Made by a program: the position numbers and the translations under genes
The notes under the pieces: generated by a model
Told to the model about the DNA's origin: nothing
The model's database searches: none
Seen by the model: the letters and a program-made list of their open reading frames with translations, nothing else
Origin: Peribolospora baueri
Taxonomy: Eukaryota
Length of the DNA stretch: 64,000 bases
Assembly: GCA_029717555.1 (NCBI GenBank)
Contig: JAMDHS010000007.1
Coordinates: 62,001 to 126,000, forward strand
Reading direction: 5' to 3'
Shown: piece after piece, positions 37,733 through 50,578 of the stretch
Layout: every line of letters begins with the position of its first letter
Position numbering within the stretch: position 1 is the first letter of the stretch

Positions 37733-40700
37733 ATGGACGCCGTCCGTCTGCGCCGCCACGTCTCCGCGGGAGAGCGATATCATGGCCGTCGTCGCAAGGC
37801 AGACGATGGCAATGGCTCTCACCGGCGCTCCCTTTCCCCCTCTCCCTCAGCCCTCGATCCCTCCACCCTCCTCCCCGGCCTCCGCCGCCTCCTCGCTCGG
37901 CCTCTTTTTTCGTCCACCCCTGATGGTCTCCATCGCCCTCGTCGTCTCCTCACCACTGACCCATTGACGGGAGCGGAGGAGGAGCTTTGTTGGAGTGGCT
38001 CTCGTCTCGTATGGACTCAGGGGCCGTCCGTCCGCCGTGCCTTTGACTTTGGCGTCGAGGAGAAGCGTATCGCTGAAGCGCTGTGGGCGAATTTCGACGT
38101 CGGTCCCGGAGGCCTGCTGTCTTCACCGCCATCTTCCTCATCACCAACCTCGCTTCGTTCCCTCAAGCAACAGTCCGACAGTGGCGCGGAACGAGGAAGC
38201 AGGAAGAGGCGAAAGACGGACCCCGACGAGGACGTCGCCGCTTCGGCAGCTTCAGAAGTCCTCGCCTCTCGCTCATCCGACCTGTTCTCGGCCACTCAGT
38301 GTGCTCTTCGCGACAACGTTCGTAAGCATTCTCCGGCGAACTTGCACGTCGACCATGTCGAGCCGTCCACCCGTGTCCGTGTGCTCGTCGTTCTCCTCGT
38401 CGGCTCATCCTCTTCATCAACAGGCCTCGTCAAGCTCTACTACCCCTCCGGCGAAGAGGCCTCGGTCAGCCTTCCTTTTAAGGCTCATCGTGCCTGGCCG
38501 CTCTCCGCCGGCGTGTTGTTTGAGCGATCTTCCGACCCGGACGAGTCCGAGTCGCAGCCTGGCTCCGACACAACTGCAGCCGAACACTCCGCCCACCGCC
38601 GTCCTGTCTCCTACGCCGATGGTTGGAACGCAGATACCCCGCTCTGGCGACGGCCTGAAACAAGCGAGGATGCTACGGCGGCGACATATCTTCTCCTCGA
38701 GAGTCCGTTGGAGGACGTCAAGATCGTGCGAAAAGCGGAGCGCATCTTCGGCCCCGGCGCCGGCGAGCTCACCCGCGTCGAGGGGCCCGGGCTACCATTT
38801 ACCGACCTGAACGAATCGATCGTGTTTGCGTCCGACCTCTCTGACGACTCCCCCCTTCCTCTCGTCGTTACCTACAACGTCTTCCACCGTCGCCTAACTG
38901 TTTGGCGCTACACGGACGGCGCGCACCAAGAGGACCAGCCCTCTGCCGCACCGCCGGCCGACCAGCTGGCAGGCTCGCGCTCACCTCGAACCGCGGGCGA
39001 AAAAGATCGCGGGGGGATGTCCTCGCTCGGTCTTGGCCGCCCCCCTCCTACAGCCCCATCCACCGCAAGCCGTCCACAGCCCACTCGGAATCCGTCGTAC
39101 ACGACCCCCTATCATCCCTCTACACATCAATCCGAGGTCAGCCGCAGAGTTTCCAGCCGGAGGACGGTGAGCGGGGCAGAGACGTCTCGGCGTCTCAGCG
39201 GAAGGCACGAGCGCAGCGTCGTCGTCGGGCTAGGGGGAGCGCGAGAGCGAGAGCGTGACGCCAGCGAGCAGCTGTTAGACGCCCTCATGCAGCCTGGAGG
39301 CGGCGTTCCCGGCGCTGGAACGGCAGAGTCCGGCTCGAACTCGATGTTATTGTCCGCAGCGGGGGCCGGACCGGGTGGGGAAGGGACCGCGTCGGCAGAG
39401 GGCATACACCATCTTTATCCTCCTCACCATCGCGTCGGTGACGTGACGATGGTCGGAGGCGAGACGTTGCTGGTCGGAGCGGACGAAGAGCATCAAGACG
39501 CTGCAACTGGAATGTGGTGGGCGATGTGTTGGCGGGGCGAGATTGATGAGGCCCGAAGGTGAGCGCTCGCCGTTCCGCCCTCGCTCGGCTTGCCGCTGAC
39601 TGTGACTGTTCTTTGACGGACCCTTCTTCGCTGTCGCCTCAGTACTGACTCGGCGGCCAAAATTACAGCGTTCTTTTCTTCTCCCACGGTCTTCCACATA
39701 CATATACCCTTCACGTGCACCCTCCTGTCTTTTTCCGTATCCGTCGTCGATCGTCACACCGCCTCGGAGCGTCTCTGCATCCGCCCCTTAGACGATCCCG
39801 CCCTCGCGTCACTCCCGGCCAGGGAGGCGGTTCCCATCAACGTGTTCGGCCGGGCTCCCAGACATAGGGACGTCTTCGTTCTCAGACCGGACGGACTGGC
39901 TGAGATCCGCTGCTACGACATGTCGTCAGCCATCGATTTCCCCCTCACTGTCGAGGCGGAAGCGAGCAGGGACCAGGACATGCAGGACAGGACGGCAAGC
40001 GACGTGGACATGGATATGGACATCTCTCGGTCCATCTCCACCTCTGCTCGTGCAGACGATCAGATCAAGTCCGTCGAGCTGGCGTCGTGCCAAACGATCA
40101 TCTTCGGTTCCGAGAAAGGAGCGAGCCTTCGGGCCTCTTTCGACTTTTCCCCCCGTGACGATCTCGTTCAACGATGCATGGTCGTCTTTGACCACGTACT
40201 CGACTCTCCGTGGGCCGTCAAGACCGCCTGGTGGCGGTTGAAATGGGGAGGAAAGGACGACTGGGATGCGTTGGTGGACGTGCTCCTGGGCTCGGGCTCG
40301 GATGTCTCCGGTGACAGTCAGAGACGAGACCCTCCCGGCGATCCATTGGGGCCCATCCTTCTGTCCTCCTCGCACACCCGGCATGGCGACGACATATCTT
40401 TGGCTTGCCTCGATCCCCTGCCTGCGGCTTCAACACCCTCGCTTCCAGCACGGTCGTCCGAGGACGCCGCCTTGCGTCCAGCGTCCCTGCCGCCGCTCAT
40501 CTTTGGCTTCCATCTCCTGGCTTCAGACCTCTTACTCTCTCTGGAGACGCAGGAGAGTCTGACACGTCTAGTGCCCCTCCTGACAGCGCTCGCTCGCCGA
40601 CTGGGGCGGCCGGACTGGGCGGACTGGTGGGAGAGCCGCGTTCCAGCTTCTGTTCCCCTTTCAGAAGGCCAGCCATCCTCCTTGAAGGACACCGCTCCGT

Positions 40701-43700
40701 TGCTGCCGGATCCTCCAGACATCATGGCTCATCTCTTGGCCCATCTTCACGGTGTTCAGCTACCCCCTTTCCCCTCCGTCGCCGATGTGGGACGGATTTT
40801 GAACTGCCCGACGGCGCCAAAGGGCGGCGATGAGGCCGGTGAGCCCTGCAAGCAGACAGTGCGACTGTTATCCGTTTTCTCCGCCTTCAGCATGCCTCTC
40901 CCCGCCCCGCCGCAATCATCGGCCGGTCGGTATTCGGAAAACGCTCGTCGTGCGCAAGCCGTCGTCTCGGCCATGGTGTCCGCCGGAGTGGACTCGTCGG
41001 AGCTCGATCGCCTACCGCTCTCCCTCGCCCTTCCCCTGCGAGAGGCCGCGCGAGCTTGCCAAGTCAGTCCGCCTTCTTCTTGGCCCCCGGCTGCCTATGG
41101 ACTCGTAGGTAGGACAGACTTGCAAGTCCAGATCGGCGGTCGGTCGTCTTTGGCCGGCGGGCCTGAACGCCAGGACGCGCCGGGTGTGGAGGCGATCAGG
41201 AAGGGGGTGGAGAGACACCTCTCCCTTCATCCGCTGTCGTTCGCTCGGTTCAGCAAAGACCTTCGCTTGATGGATGTCGCGCAGATACTCCAGTCGCATG
41301 AAACGATGCCGATCAAATTCGTCGATCAACCGGGCTTGAAGTGCGTCGTCCCCTCCCCGTTCTAGCCCCATATCCTATTTCATATCATCGCTGACGTCAT
41401 CGTTCGCCCCGTTTCTTTCTGTTTCGTCAGAGAGCACGACGTCGCGCGAGCGGAGCAGGCGCTTGTTCAGTGCGTTGTGCAGCGCAACATCGCCGTGTGC
41501 GTCGGGCGCGGCATGTTCACGTTTGCCTCTGCCGGTATCGACGTGACGGAACGATGGCCCATTCCGAAGATTGACATGTCCGCCAAAATCCTACCTCGCG
41601 GGCACGTCGTGCAGCTGGACATGTCGGCCTTTGCAGTGGACACAAGTACGTGGCCAGAGTTTCACAACGGCACAGCTGAAGGACTGCGGATCTCGCCGGG
41701 AACGTCGGAGCTCAGCAGTTCGTGGATCAACTATAACCGACCGGCAGATCCCAACCCGGCGTTCGCTGGCTACCTATTCGGCCTCGGCTTGGGCGGACAC
41801 TTGCGCTCCTTGCACCGCTTCGAGGCGCGAAGCTATCTGATCGGCCGCGATGACTTGACTTCCATTGGCCTGCTCTTGGGTTTGGCAGCGAGCTACGTCG
41901 GCAGTAGCGACGTGACCGTCACCAAGATCATCACCCCCCACGTACCAGCCTTGCTCCCCCACCGGTCTCTTGATCTCTACATTCACACCACCGTGCAGGC
42001 GGCCGGCCTCTTGAGCCTCGGCCTCGTCTATATGGGTACGGAAAACCGGCGCATTGCCGATGTCTTGCTCCGGCAAATCGACTGCCGGCAGTTCATGACG
42101 AAGGACGGACCGGACGAGTATCGCGAGGCGTACTCTCTCTCTGCGGCCTTCGCGTTTGGGATGATCATGCTGGGCAAGGGCAAGAAGGTAGGGGAAGCGA
42201 CGCAGGACGGAGGGAAAGTCTCGAAAAAGGACGCGACGACCAAGGAGGAAGAGCAGGCGATCATGACCAATGCGGACGCTCTGAAGCGCCTCCGTCTCCT
42301 TCTTCTCGGCCATCCGTCCGATGATGCGGCCGGGACGCAACGGCGGACGGACTTTGATCTCAGCATGACATCAACGGGCGCGACGTTAGCCCTGGGACTC
42401 ATGTACCTGAAGACAAATCGTGCCGACATTGCCGAGATGCTCGAAATCCCGTCAACGGTGGTGCACCTCGATTCGGTGCGGCCTGACTTTCTCCTCTTGC
42501 GCACTCTCGCCCGCCAGCTCATCATGTGGCGGCACATCGGCGCCAGCAAGGCCAGCGTCGAGGCAGCCTTGCCGCCGTTTATTCGAGACGCCATGCAAAA
42601 GAGGGCGCAGGCCGGCGTGCTTGACGAGAGTATCGAGTTGGCATATCACAACATGGTCGCTGGAGCGTGCTTCGCTCTAGCCCTTAAATACGCCGGAAGC
42701 GCAAACGCGGAAGCTTACTCTACGCTGAACCACTTCCTGGACCTGTTCACATCGCGGGCGAACCTGAAGGGTACGTTTCGCAAGGTCGAGGAATTCCTGT
42801 TTCGTGACGCTGACTGTTTCTCATTTTCTCATGAACAGCCACCACATACGATGAAAAGGTCCGACGTGCTGCCATTCGCACCTGCGCGGACCTGATCGTC
42901 ATCTCGACGGCCATGGTCGTCGCAGGATCGGGGCACGTCGACCTGTTGCGCAAGCTGCGCTTGTCTCATGGTCAGATCTACACTGACGCAGCCGTGCCGG
43001 CTCACAGTTATGGCACGCACATGGCCACACATATGGCCCTTGGCTTGCTGTTCCTCGGCGGCGGCCGTTTCACCCTGGGCACGTCCAACTCGGCCATTGC
43101 TGCCATGGTCATCGCCGCCTTTCCGCGCTTCCCTTCTACGAGCACGGATAACGCGGCTCACTTGCAAGCGTATCGACACCTCTGGGTGTTGGCCGTGGAG
43201 CCGCGCTGCTTGGTGGTCAAGGACGTGGACACGGCCGAGACTGTTTTCGTTCCGGTCAAGGTCAAGGTGCTTGAGGAGGAGGCTCCCGGGAGCCCAAATC
43301 TGGTGGCCCGGAGCCAAGAGCTGATCTCGCCAACGCTGGTGCCAGACTTTGCTCGGATCGTGAGCATCAAGACAGACAGCGTGCGATACTGGCCGTTGGT
43401 CCTGGAGGTGAGAAGGAGCGCGGACCATGCGAGGAGCCTGTTGGATACGCAGACGATCCGCGTCAAGCGGCGAACGAGCCACCTGAGCTATGCCGAAGAC
43501 CCGCGTGGCAATCGCAGTCTGTCGCAGCGGAGTGCAGGTTTGCAAGTCGACGGCGTCCACCTGAGCTCTCAGCATCATGGCATCGGCGAGCTCGAAGGCC
43601 TCGTTCGAGCCTTCTCCGGTGGGGCCGACCACGTAGCCCTGGCTCGGCATGTTCGGAACGCTCTCAAAGACGCGAATTCAGCCGGCTCGTCGTCGAGCTC

Positions 43701-44037
43701 ATTTGCGTCCTTTGCTCTCACCGCCCTCATGGAATGCGTCGGCGAGGACAAACCGTCGGTGTTGGTCGACTACATACGTCTCTTTCGTGCTCGGCAAGAG
43801 ATTTTGAGGCAGCACCACCGATCTCGTGCGAACATGGCCCTCATCGATGTCCTTCTCTTGCAGGACTTTTATTCGTCTGGCGCCTTTCAGCGCTTAGTCG
43901 GACCGGATCAGGGTTCGCCGTTGATCCAGCGGGCCTTCCTCGAGTCTGTGGTGCAGTCTGCGAGAACGGCGTGTGAGGCCTTGTTGGGAGTGGACGCGGG
44001 GGACGGGATGGGTTCGATTTCTTCGTCTTCCGTTTGA
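37733..44037 (+). CDS. APC1: Anaphase-promoting complex subunit 1, multi-exon
   Basis: EEELCWSGSRLVW, RFSKDLRLMDVAQIL, WPEFHNG, PC repeats (AGYLFGLGLGGHL), YGTHMATHMALGLLFLGGG and HLQAYRHLWVLAVEPRCL. Termini are approximate. Confidence 0.93.
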
Positions 44038-44321
44038 CATGATTGATTCGATGAAGGCAGATCAATGGAATGGATACAGTATTCTGTTTCGCGTGGCAGG
44101 TGCCATCCAGGCCTGGCGTCCAACGAGGGCCGCGGGCGCCCCAAGTTCCTGAAAAGCCAATGGATATATGAGGTTGCGCATCGTATTCGGAGTGGACCGA
44201 ATTTCCCAAGTGCAAAAAAGAAGAGAGGATGAAAAAAATGGAGGGGCAAGAAACGAGAACGAAAAAGGAACATCTCCTACAACGTGTGAAAGAGAAAGAG
44301 GAGCCCTGGCTCGGCCCGGGC

Positions 44322-45962
44322 CTACTTTGCCTTTTCGTCCGCGTCGCCGATGGGGACGCTCTCGATGTGGGAGGTTTCGCCCTCGCCCTTGTCGTCGATC
44401 GGAAGGGAGGCCTCCATGGCGTTCACCTCGATGTCTTCTTCTGCTCCTGCTCCTGCTCCTGCTGGTTCAATGTTCTCTACCGCGCCCGCGCGCTTAACGA
44501 GCTCAAAGTGCGATCCGAGTCGCTCCTGTCCGCAGGCAGTGACGACGGCGACGGTGGCAAAGACGATGCAGAGGATGATCGTCATGACCTGCGAATAGTT
44601 GGGCTTACCATTCACATGCCAGTGTGACGCCCAGACGGTTTGGATCTGGGCGGCGGGAGCGGAGATCATGTTGCCGATCTGGTAGACCGCACCCGGGAAG
44701 ACGCCGCGGAACTGGGGCGGGGCGTACTCGTTGAGGAGGACGGGCATGACGCCCCAGGCGCCGTTGGAGGCGGATTGGACGAAAAAGTTGCCGGCGGCGA
44801 GGGCGCCCAAGCCTGTCGGTAGGGTCCACAAGGGGATCATGCAGAGGCCAAAGCAAGTGGCCGCGACGACGGTCAAGCGTCGGCCAAAGAACTGGGAGTA
44901 GTAGCCACAGATGGAGCCGCCAACGACGGCTCCGACCTGACCGATGATCGTCGCGATGCTGGCGTCCTTGTTGGAGAGCTCCTTCTGCGTCTTGAGGTAG
45001 GTGACGTACATGTCTTGGCATCCGTGGCTCATCCAGTTGAACGCGGCGGAGAGGAGGACGCAGTAGAGGAACATCTTGGTGTATTGTTGAGCGGCCAACT
45101 TTCCGTCTCTGATGAACAGGGCCATACGCATCTTCAAAGGCGGGCGGTCCTCCTTGGGCCCCTTGTCACGGTAGATGCGCGACTCGGGCATGAACATGGT
45201 GATGAGCGCGACGAGAGCGGTGAAGCCGGCGCCGATGTGGAAGATGGACTTGTACCCTTCGCTCGAGACGGGCACGACGGCAATGTTCATGACGGCCGCG
45301 AGGAGGTATCCGATCGAGTAGCCTTGTTGAAGGATGCCGGAGAACAAGCCACGGGCCTCGACGGGCATGTTCTCCAAGGCGATGGCGGCGGACATACCCC
45401 AGATGCCGCCCATGGCGACTCCAAAGAGTGCTCGGACGCCGATGAAGGCGGAGTAGGTGGGCGCAAAAGCGGTGCCTATCTGGAGGACGGCGAGAATCCA
45501 GAGATTGAAGGACAGCGGCCACTTTCGACCGAAGACGTCGGCCAAGATGCCGAAGAGGACTGCGCCGACGGAGCGGAAGAGGAGGGTCAAGGTGATGGAG
45601 ACGGTGATGGCGGAGATGGAGCGCTTGTATCGAGCTGAGAGCTCGGTGGTGACGAGGTTGACGGCATTGAAGTCGTAGCCGTCTGACGTCCAAGCCGCGC
45701 TGGACAGAGAAACAAGTTTTGTTCGCCATCTTCTTAGCCAAACGCACAAACCCGCTTTCTCCCCGGCGGCGCGACGAAAGGGGCGAGGGGCGACTCACAG
45801 TCCGACCAGAAAGAAGGCCCAGTCCTGCGCGGAGAGGAGGCCGACGACCTTCCAAGGGGCGGGGGGCATGACCCTGGGCACCCTCTTAGTGACCAGGACG
45901 CCTCGCTCGTCGATCAGGGTAACATTGTTTTCCCAGAGCCTCAAATTTTGCAAGACACCCAT
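44322..45962 (-). CDS. Jen1-type (sialate:H+ symporter family) MFS carboxylic acid transporter, 2 exons
   Basis: WTSDGYDF, RSVGAVLFGILADVFGRKWP, EARGLFSGILQQGY, the Jen1 signature NWMSHGCQDMYVT, and FPGAVYQIGN. One intron at about 45701-45798. Confidence 0.92.
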
Positions 45963-46396
45963 GCTGGATCGTGCTCCACGAGAAAGAGAGGGACGAGAGG
46001 AGGAAGGAGCAGTCCGGGGAAGATGTGGGGTAGGGCAGGCCGTCTATGATCCGGGGGCGGCCAGAGTATATAATATGACCGTGAGAAAGTATGGGGAAGA
46101 TCTGGGGAAGCTGCTGATGGAAGAGGGAGGAGAGGAGTGAGTGGTACCATGTGAGCGTGCGGGTTTAGCATGGCGTTTAGGACAAAGCGCGGGGAGGTGT
46201 GGCGGCCTGTGGGGGCCCGGATGTGCGGGAACGGCAGCATTTGCGAGGTGCGCCTTCGGAGGGGGGCAGGGCCTTTTCTGTTTGGGCGACGGCGGTGCGG
46301 AGGCCGTCGTTGGCTGGCCATACGAGGCTTGAGCGCGAAGAAAGAGAAGGAGAGGAAGGAAGGAATGCGGGGTGAAGACGGTGATGGAGAGGTTCG

Positions 46397-46410
46397 CGGC
46401 GTTAAGACGG
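46397..46410 (-). promoter_or_regulatory. Candidate Zn2Cys6 site CCG-N8-CCG upstream of the transporter
   Basis: The reverse strand reads CCGTCTTAACGCCG(C), identical to 48082-48096. Confidence 0.6.
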
Positions 46411-47072
46411 AGGAAGCGGCGGCGGTAGCGGCGGCAATCACGGGTGTGACGGACTTGTCGTGCCTGAGTCGCCTCGCCTCGCCTCGACTTGACCCGGTCG
46501 CTGCACCCGCTCGTTGTCGCCCACCATCCCATCCCATCCCATCTCATCCCCGTCCGCGTCCATCTGTCTCGCCTCCATTTCTCGGCGGCGAGAAGGCGGG
46601 GCCGGCGCTGCGAGCCGAGTGAGCGCAGGCCAAGGAGGAAGAAAATCGGCACGCTCGTTCACCCTCGTCTGCTCGTCACGCTCGTCCAGATCAGATCGTC
46701 CGTCCGCCAGCCGCACTCGACGCGGCCTCGACCGGCAGACAGGGCGGCCAGGTGGGATGTTCCAGGACAGTGGATGGACGGACAGACGGAGTGAGGGACG
46801 GCTCGAAGCAAACACACGTTTTTCTCCGTCCACGCTACGTAGGGAGCCGAGCGGAGGTACGGTACGGTAACCTTGGTGGCACCAGATCATGATCTTGCCG
46901 ACGACGCCTGTCTCAGCGCCTGCGTATCTACGACGATGTACAAATGCCTTGCCCAACTCCAGCGTGCGTCCGCGAGCTCCCGTCGGTCGCCGTCGCCGTC
47001 GTCCAAACCACCTGTCTGTCCTCTATCGATGTACGTAACGTAAAGAAAGCAAGCGAGCGCACGGCCCACTCG

Positions 47073-47909
47073 CTAGTTGTATCCGCTCAGCCACGTCGCC
47101 GTCCGCCGGGCCCCCTCGAGCACGTAGTCCTGGTCGCTCCCGCACATGACAAACTTGCCGATGCCATCGGCCATCTTGATGAACTTGTCGATCAAGTCCT
47201 GGCGCGCGTACAGCCCGCCGATGCCCACCGCCTTGCCCGTCTTCCGGCACGCCGCGATGACCTTGCGGTACGCCTCCGTGATCCGCTCGTCGTCGTGCTG
47301 GCCGGGGATGCCGTAGCAGGCGGTCAGGTCGTTGGTGCCGATGAGCAGTATGTCCACGTTCGGCACCGCCGCGATCTCGTCCAGGCTCTCCAGCGCCTCC
47401 AGCGTCTCGATCATCACGATACACATCACGTTGGCGTTGATCGCCGTGTTCGCTTCCAACGTCGGGAACGCCCCGTAGCGCAGGGCAGACAGGCCCCCAA
47501 TCGCCGACCGGTCGCCGTCAGGGAAGAACTTGGCCGCTCTTGCGGATTCCAAAGCGTCCTTGGGCGTCCGGACGTGAGGGATGATGACCCCTTGTGCCCC
47601 TCCGTCTAGCACTCGGCCCACGAACGAGCAGGCCAGCGACGGCACTCGGACGACGGGCGTGATGCCGTGCGCCAGCGCGGCCATCGTGAACTGGGCGCAC
47701 TGGTCGAGGTCAATCGAGCTATGCTCCAGGTCGACAAGCACGCCGTCCATGCCGGCCGCCTTGGCGTATCCCACAATCTCGATGCCCCTCGAGTACCTGA
47801 TCGACATCGCACTCACCACCGCTCCCGCTCCCAGACGCTCCTTCATCCTGTTAATGTGCGCGAGCTCCAAAGCCGACGGGGACGGGGATGGCGAGCTACC
47901 GTTCATCAT
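47073..47909 (-). CDS. HpcH/HpaI-family class II pyruvate aldolase, intronless
   Basis: VDLEHS, PVVRV, RVLDGGAQGVIIPHV, GDRS, VMIET and IGTNDL motifs; 278 aa. Confidence 0.92.
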   Translation of the reverse strand: MMNGSSPSPSPSALELAHINRMKERLGAGAVVSAMSIRYSRGIEIVGYAKAAGMDGVLVDLEHSSIDLDQCAQFTMAALAHGITPVVRVPSLACSFVGRVLDGGAQGVIIPHVRTPKDALESARAAKFFPDGDRSAIGGLSALRYGAFPTLEANTAINANVMCIVMIETLEALESLDEIAAVPNVDILLIGTNDLTACYGIPGQHDDERITEAYRKVIAACRKTGKAVGIGGLYARQDLIDKFIKMADGIGKFVMCGSDQDYVLEGARRTATWLSGYN

Positions 47910-48081
47910 CGTATCGTTGCTGTCTGTCGTTTGCCAGGAAGGGTTCGGCTGTGCTTGCTTTGCTTGACGGCTGCTCGACGGTGGCTGCTGTATGTCTTTA
48001 TGTCCTCCTTCCTCTCCTATCTATCTACCCCGCCGTCAACTGTTCTTTTATCCGAATCGCGTCCTACTCCACCACCAGCTG

Positions 48082-48095
48082 CCGTCTTAACGCCG
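48082..48095 (+). promoter_or_regulatory. Candidate Zn2Cys6 site CCG-N8-CCG in the aldolase/ALDH divergent promoter
   Basis: CCGTCTTAACGCCG. Confidence 0.6.
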
Positions 48096-48336
48096 CACGC
48101 TCGGACCACCCCCGCAACGGTGTTTGACCGCTCAAGTCCCAAGTCGCCGCGCCGCTTCTCCCGCTTCCCCACTTTGCTCCTCCTTGTCTACGTACTGGTG
48201 AGGTGGATAGATAAGCGCCCAGGATGTACGTACCAAAAGATCAGTGTTCTTCCCAAGTCGCCCATCGCCACCGCCACCGCCGCTACCGTCGCCTCCCCTT
48301 CCCCCCCTTTGACTCGCTCTCAATCTCTTCTCCATC

Positions 48337-49806
48337 ATGACTCTGAAACTCAACGACCCCTCCCTCCTCATCACCAAGGGGTACATCAACGGCCAATGGG
48401 TCGACTCGATCTCCGGCAAGACGTTCGACGTTACCAACCCGTCTACCGGCGAGACCGTCGCCGCCGTCCCAGAAATGGACGTCCAGGACGTATTGGTAGC
48501 GTCGAGGCACGCGGCAGAGGCGTTCAAGTCGTGGAAGACCGTCGATCCCAAAACGCGGGGTAAGATGATTCGCAAGTGGGCCGAGTTGATGCACGCCAAC
48601 GCCGCTGACCTCGGCACGCTCATCACGCTCGAGAACGGCAAGCCGTACGCGGAGGCCAAGGGCGAGGTCGCCTTCGCCGCCAGCTATCTCGAGTTCTACT
48701 CGGGCGAGGCTGAGCGCGCTTACGGTGACGTCATTCCCTCCTCCAACCCCGCCAACAGGTTGCTCGCCATCAAGCAGCCCCTCGGCGTCGTCGCCTGTCT
48801 CGCCCCTTGGAACTTTCCCGCCGTGATGATCACCCGCAAGGCCGGAGCGGCCATCGCCGCCGGCTGTACCGCCATCGTCAAGCCCGCCGGCGACACCCCG
48901 CTCACCGCCCTCGCCCTCGCTCGTCTCGCCGAGCAGGCCGGCATTCCCAAGGGCGTCTTCAACGTCATCACGTCCATGGCCTACCTGGCGGCCGTCGGCA
49001 AGGCGTTGTGCGAGGAGAGGATCATCCGAAAGTTGTCCTTCACCGGTTCGACCCCGGTCGGCAAGCTGCTGATGCAGCAGTGCTCTGGAACGGTCAAGAA
49101 GCTCTCCCTCGAGCTTGGCGGTAACTCTCCGTTCATTGTCTTTGACGACTCCGACTTGCAGGTCGCCATCAACACGCTGATGGGCGCCAAGGTTCGAAAC
49201 TCGGGGCAGACGTGCGTCTGTGCCAACCGCATCTACGTCCAGCGCGGCATCTACCCGGCTTTTGCTCGGGAGCTCGTCGCGAGATTCGAGTCGCTCAAGA
49301 CCGGAGACGGCTTCGCTGACGGCGTCTCTGTCGGCCCGCTCACCACCTCGCGCGGCGTCGAAAAGGCGGCACAACACGTTCAGGACGCGATCAGCAAAGG
49401 CGCCAAACTGCTCCACGGCGGTCAGCCGCTTCCCGGCAAGGGCAACTTCTTCGCGCCCACCGTCCTCACCGACATGTCGCCGGAGATGCTCTCGCACAAC
49501 GAAGAGATCTTTGCCCCCGTTGCCGCCCTCTATCCTTTCGACACGGAACAGGAGGTAATCGAGATGGCTAACAATTCCGACGTCGGCTTGGGCAGTTACA
49601 TCTGCACTAACGACATTGGCCGGATGTGGCGCGTCGCCGAGGGACTCGAGACGGGCCTCGTGGGCGTCAACACGGGTGTCATCGCCGGCGGTGAGCTTCC
49701 GTTCGGAGGTGTCAAGGAGAGCGGGTTCGGCAAGGAGGGCGGTAAATGGGGCTTGGAGGAGTTTATGGTTACCAAGTGCATCGTCATGGCTGTCCCACAG
49801 AAGTGA
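48337..49806 (+). CDS. NAD(P)+ aldehyde dehydrogenase, succinate-semialdehyde dehydrogenase (GabD/Uga2) type, intronless
   Basis: PWNFPAVMITRK, SFTGST, LELGGNSP, catalytic GQTCVC, EEIFAP and PFGGVKESGFGKEG motifs; 489 aa. Confidence 0.95.
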   Translation: MTLKLNDPSLLITKGYINGQWVDSISGKTFDVTNPSTGETVAAVPEMDVQDVLVASRHAAEAFKSWKTVDPKTRGKMIRKWAELMHANAADLGTLITLENGKPYAEAKGEVAFAASYLEFYSGEAERAYGDVIPSSNPANRLLAIKQPLGVVACLAPWNFPAVMITRKAGAAIAAGCTAIVKPAGDTPLTALALARLAEQAGIPKGVFNVITSMAYLAAVGKALCEERIIRKLSFTGSTPVGKLLMQQCSGTVKKLSLELGGNSPFIVFDDSDLQVAINTLMGAKVRNSGQTCVCANRIYVQRGIYPAFARELVARFESLKTGDGFADGVSVGPLTTSRGVEKAAQHVQDAISKGAKLLHGGQPLPGKGNFFAPTVLTDMSPEMLSHNEEIFAPVAALYPFDTEQEVIEMANNSDVGLGSYICTNDIGRMWRVAEGLETGLVGVNTGVIAGGELPFGGVKESGFGKEGGKWGLEEFMVTKCIVMAVPQK

Positions 49807-50578
49807 CCGTGCGTCTTGTACGTTATCCGAGTTCCCATTTGCGATAGATAGACCTTTTTGTCGTATTTTGTGCCGAAACGTCCTCGACGACACTTGGAAG
49901 TGAAGGATAGAGAGAGTGTTCAACAGAGAAAGATGGACTCTTTACCGGTATAAGCCCCTACCCACGGAAAATAGAGCCTCCCTCTTCGAAAGAATTCCCC
50001 GCCGCTACCGGCTGCCACTTGCCGATCCCAAGGAAGGCAAGGCAAGGCTTTCGAAGAAACGCATCAGCTGGCGGATCGAACTCGACGGACGAGGCGCGAG
50101 GCGGTTTTTTTGAAGCTGTTTGTTCAGACTAGACTGATTCTATCGATGGACGGACGATTTGAGCTTTGCAAAGATCTGATCCGAGCAGCGGCGCAAGAGG
50201 GCCGCGGCCTGGCCTGGCATGACTTGGTCGGTAGGTCGGTCAGTCGTGCGCTCTCTCCCTCCTCAGGCTCGTGGAAGAAGAAAAGCCGGTGTCGTCCGTC
50301 GGCTACGGCGAGCCCTCACTGCGGGCCAACAACTACGGTTGGATGAAGACGTGCGGTCGTCATTGGACGAGGACAAGGGCCTCTCTCGTCACCATGGGTC
50401 TTGTTGAATGAGGCCACGCAAAAGTCGAAAAGTCGTTTTTCTTTTGGTCTTTTAGGATCAAACAAGCTCTCGTTCCGTCTTACGACCGGTTCTATTATCG
50501 CTAAAGAAAAGCCTGGCCTGCACTGCGGGTACGGTACAACAAAGTCGAATCCCTCCCTCCTTTGCAACCCCTCCCCAT

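Noticed and set aside
48283..49923. 546-aa minus-strand ORF
   Set aside because: Antisense shadow of the ALDH caused by high-GC codon bias; it has no motifs.
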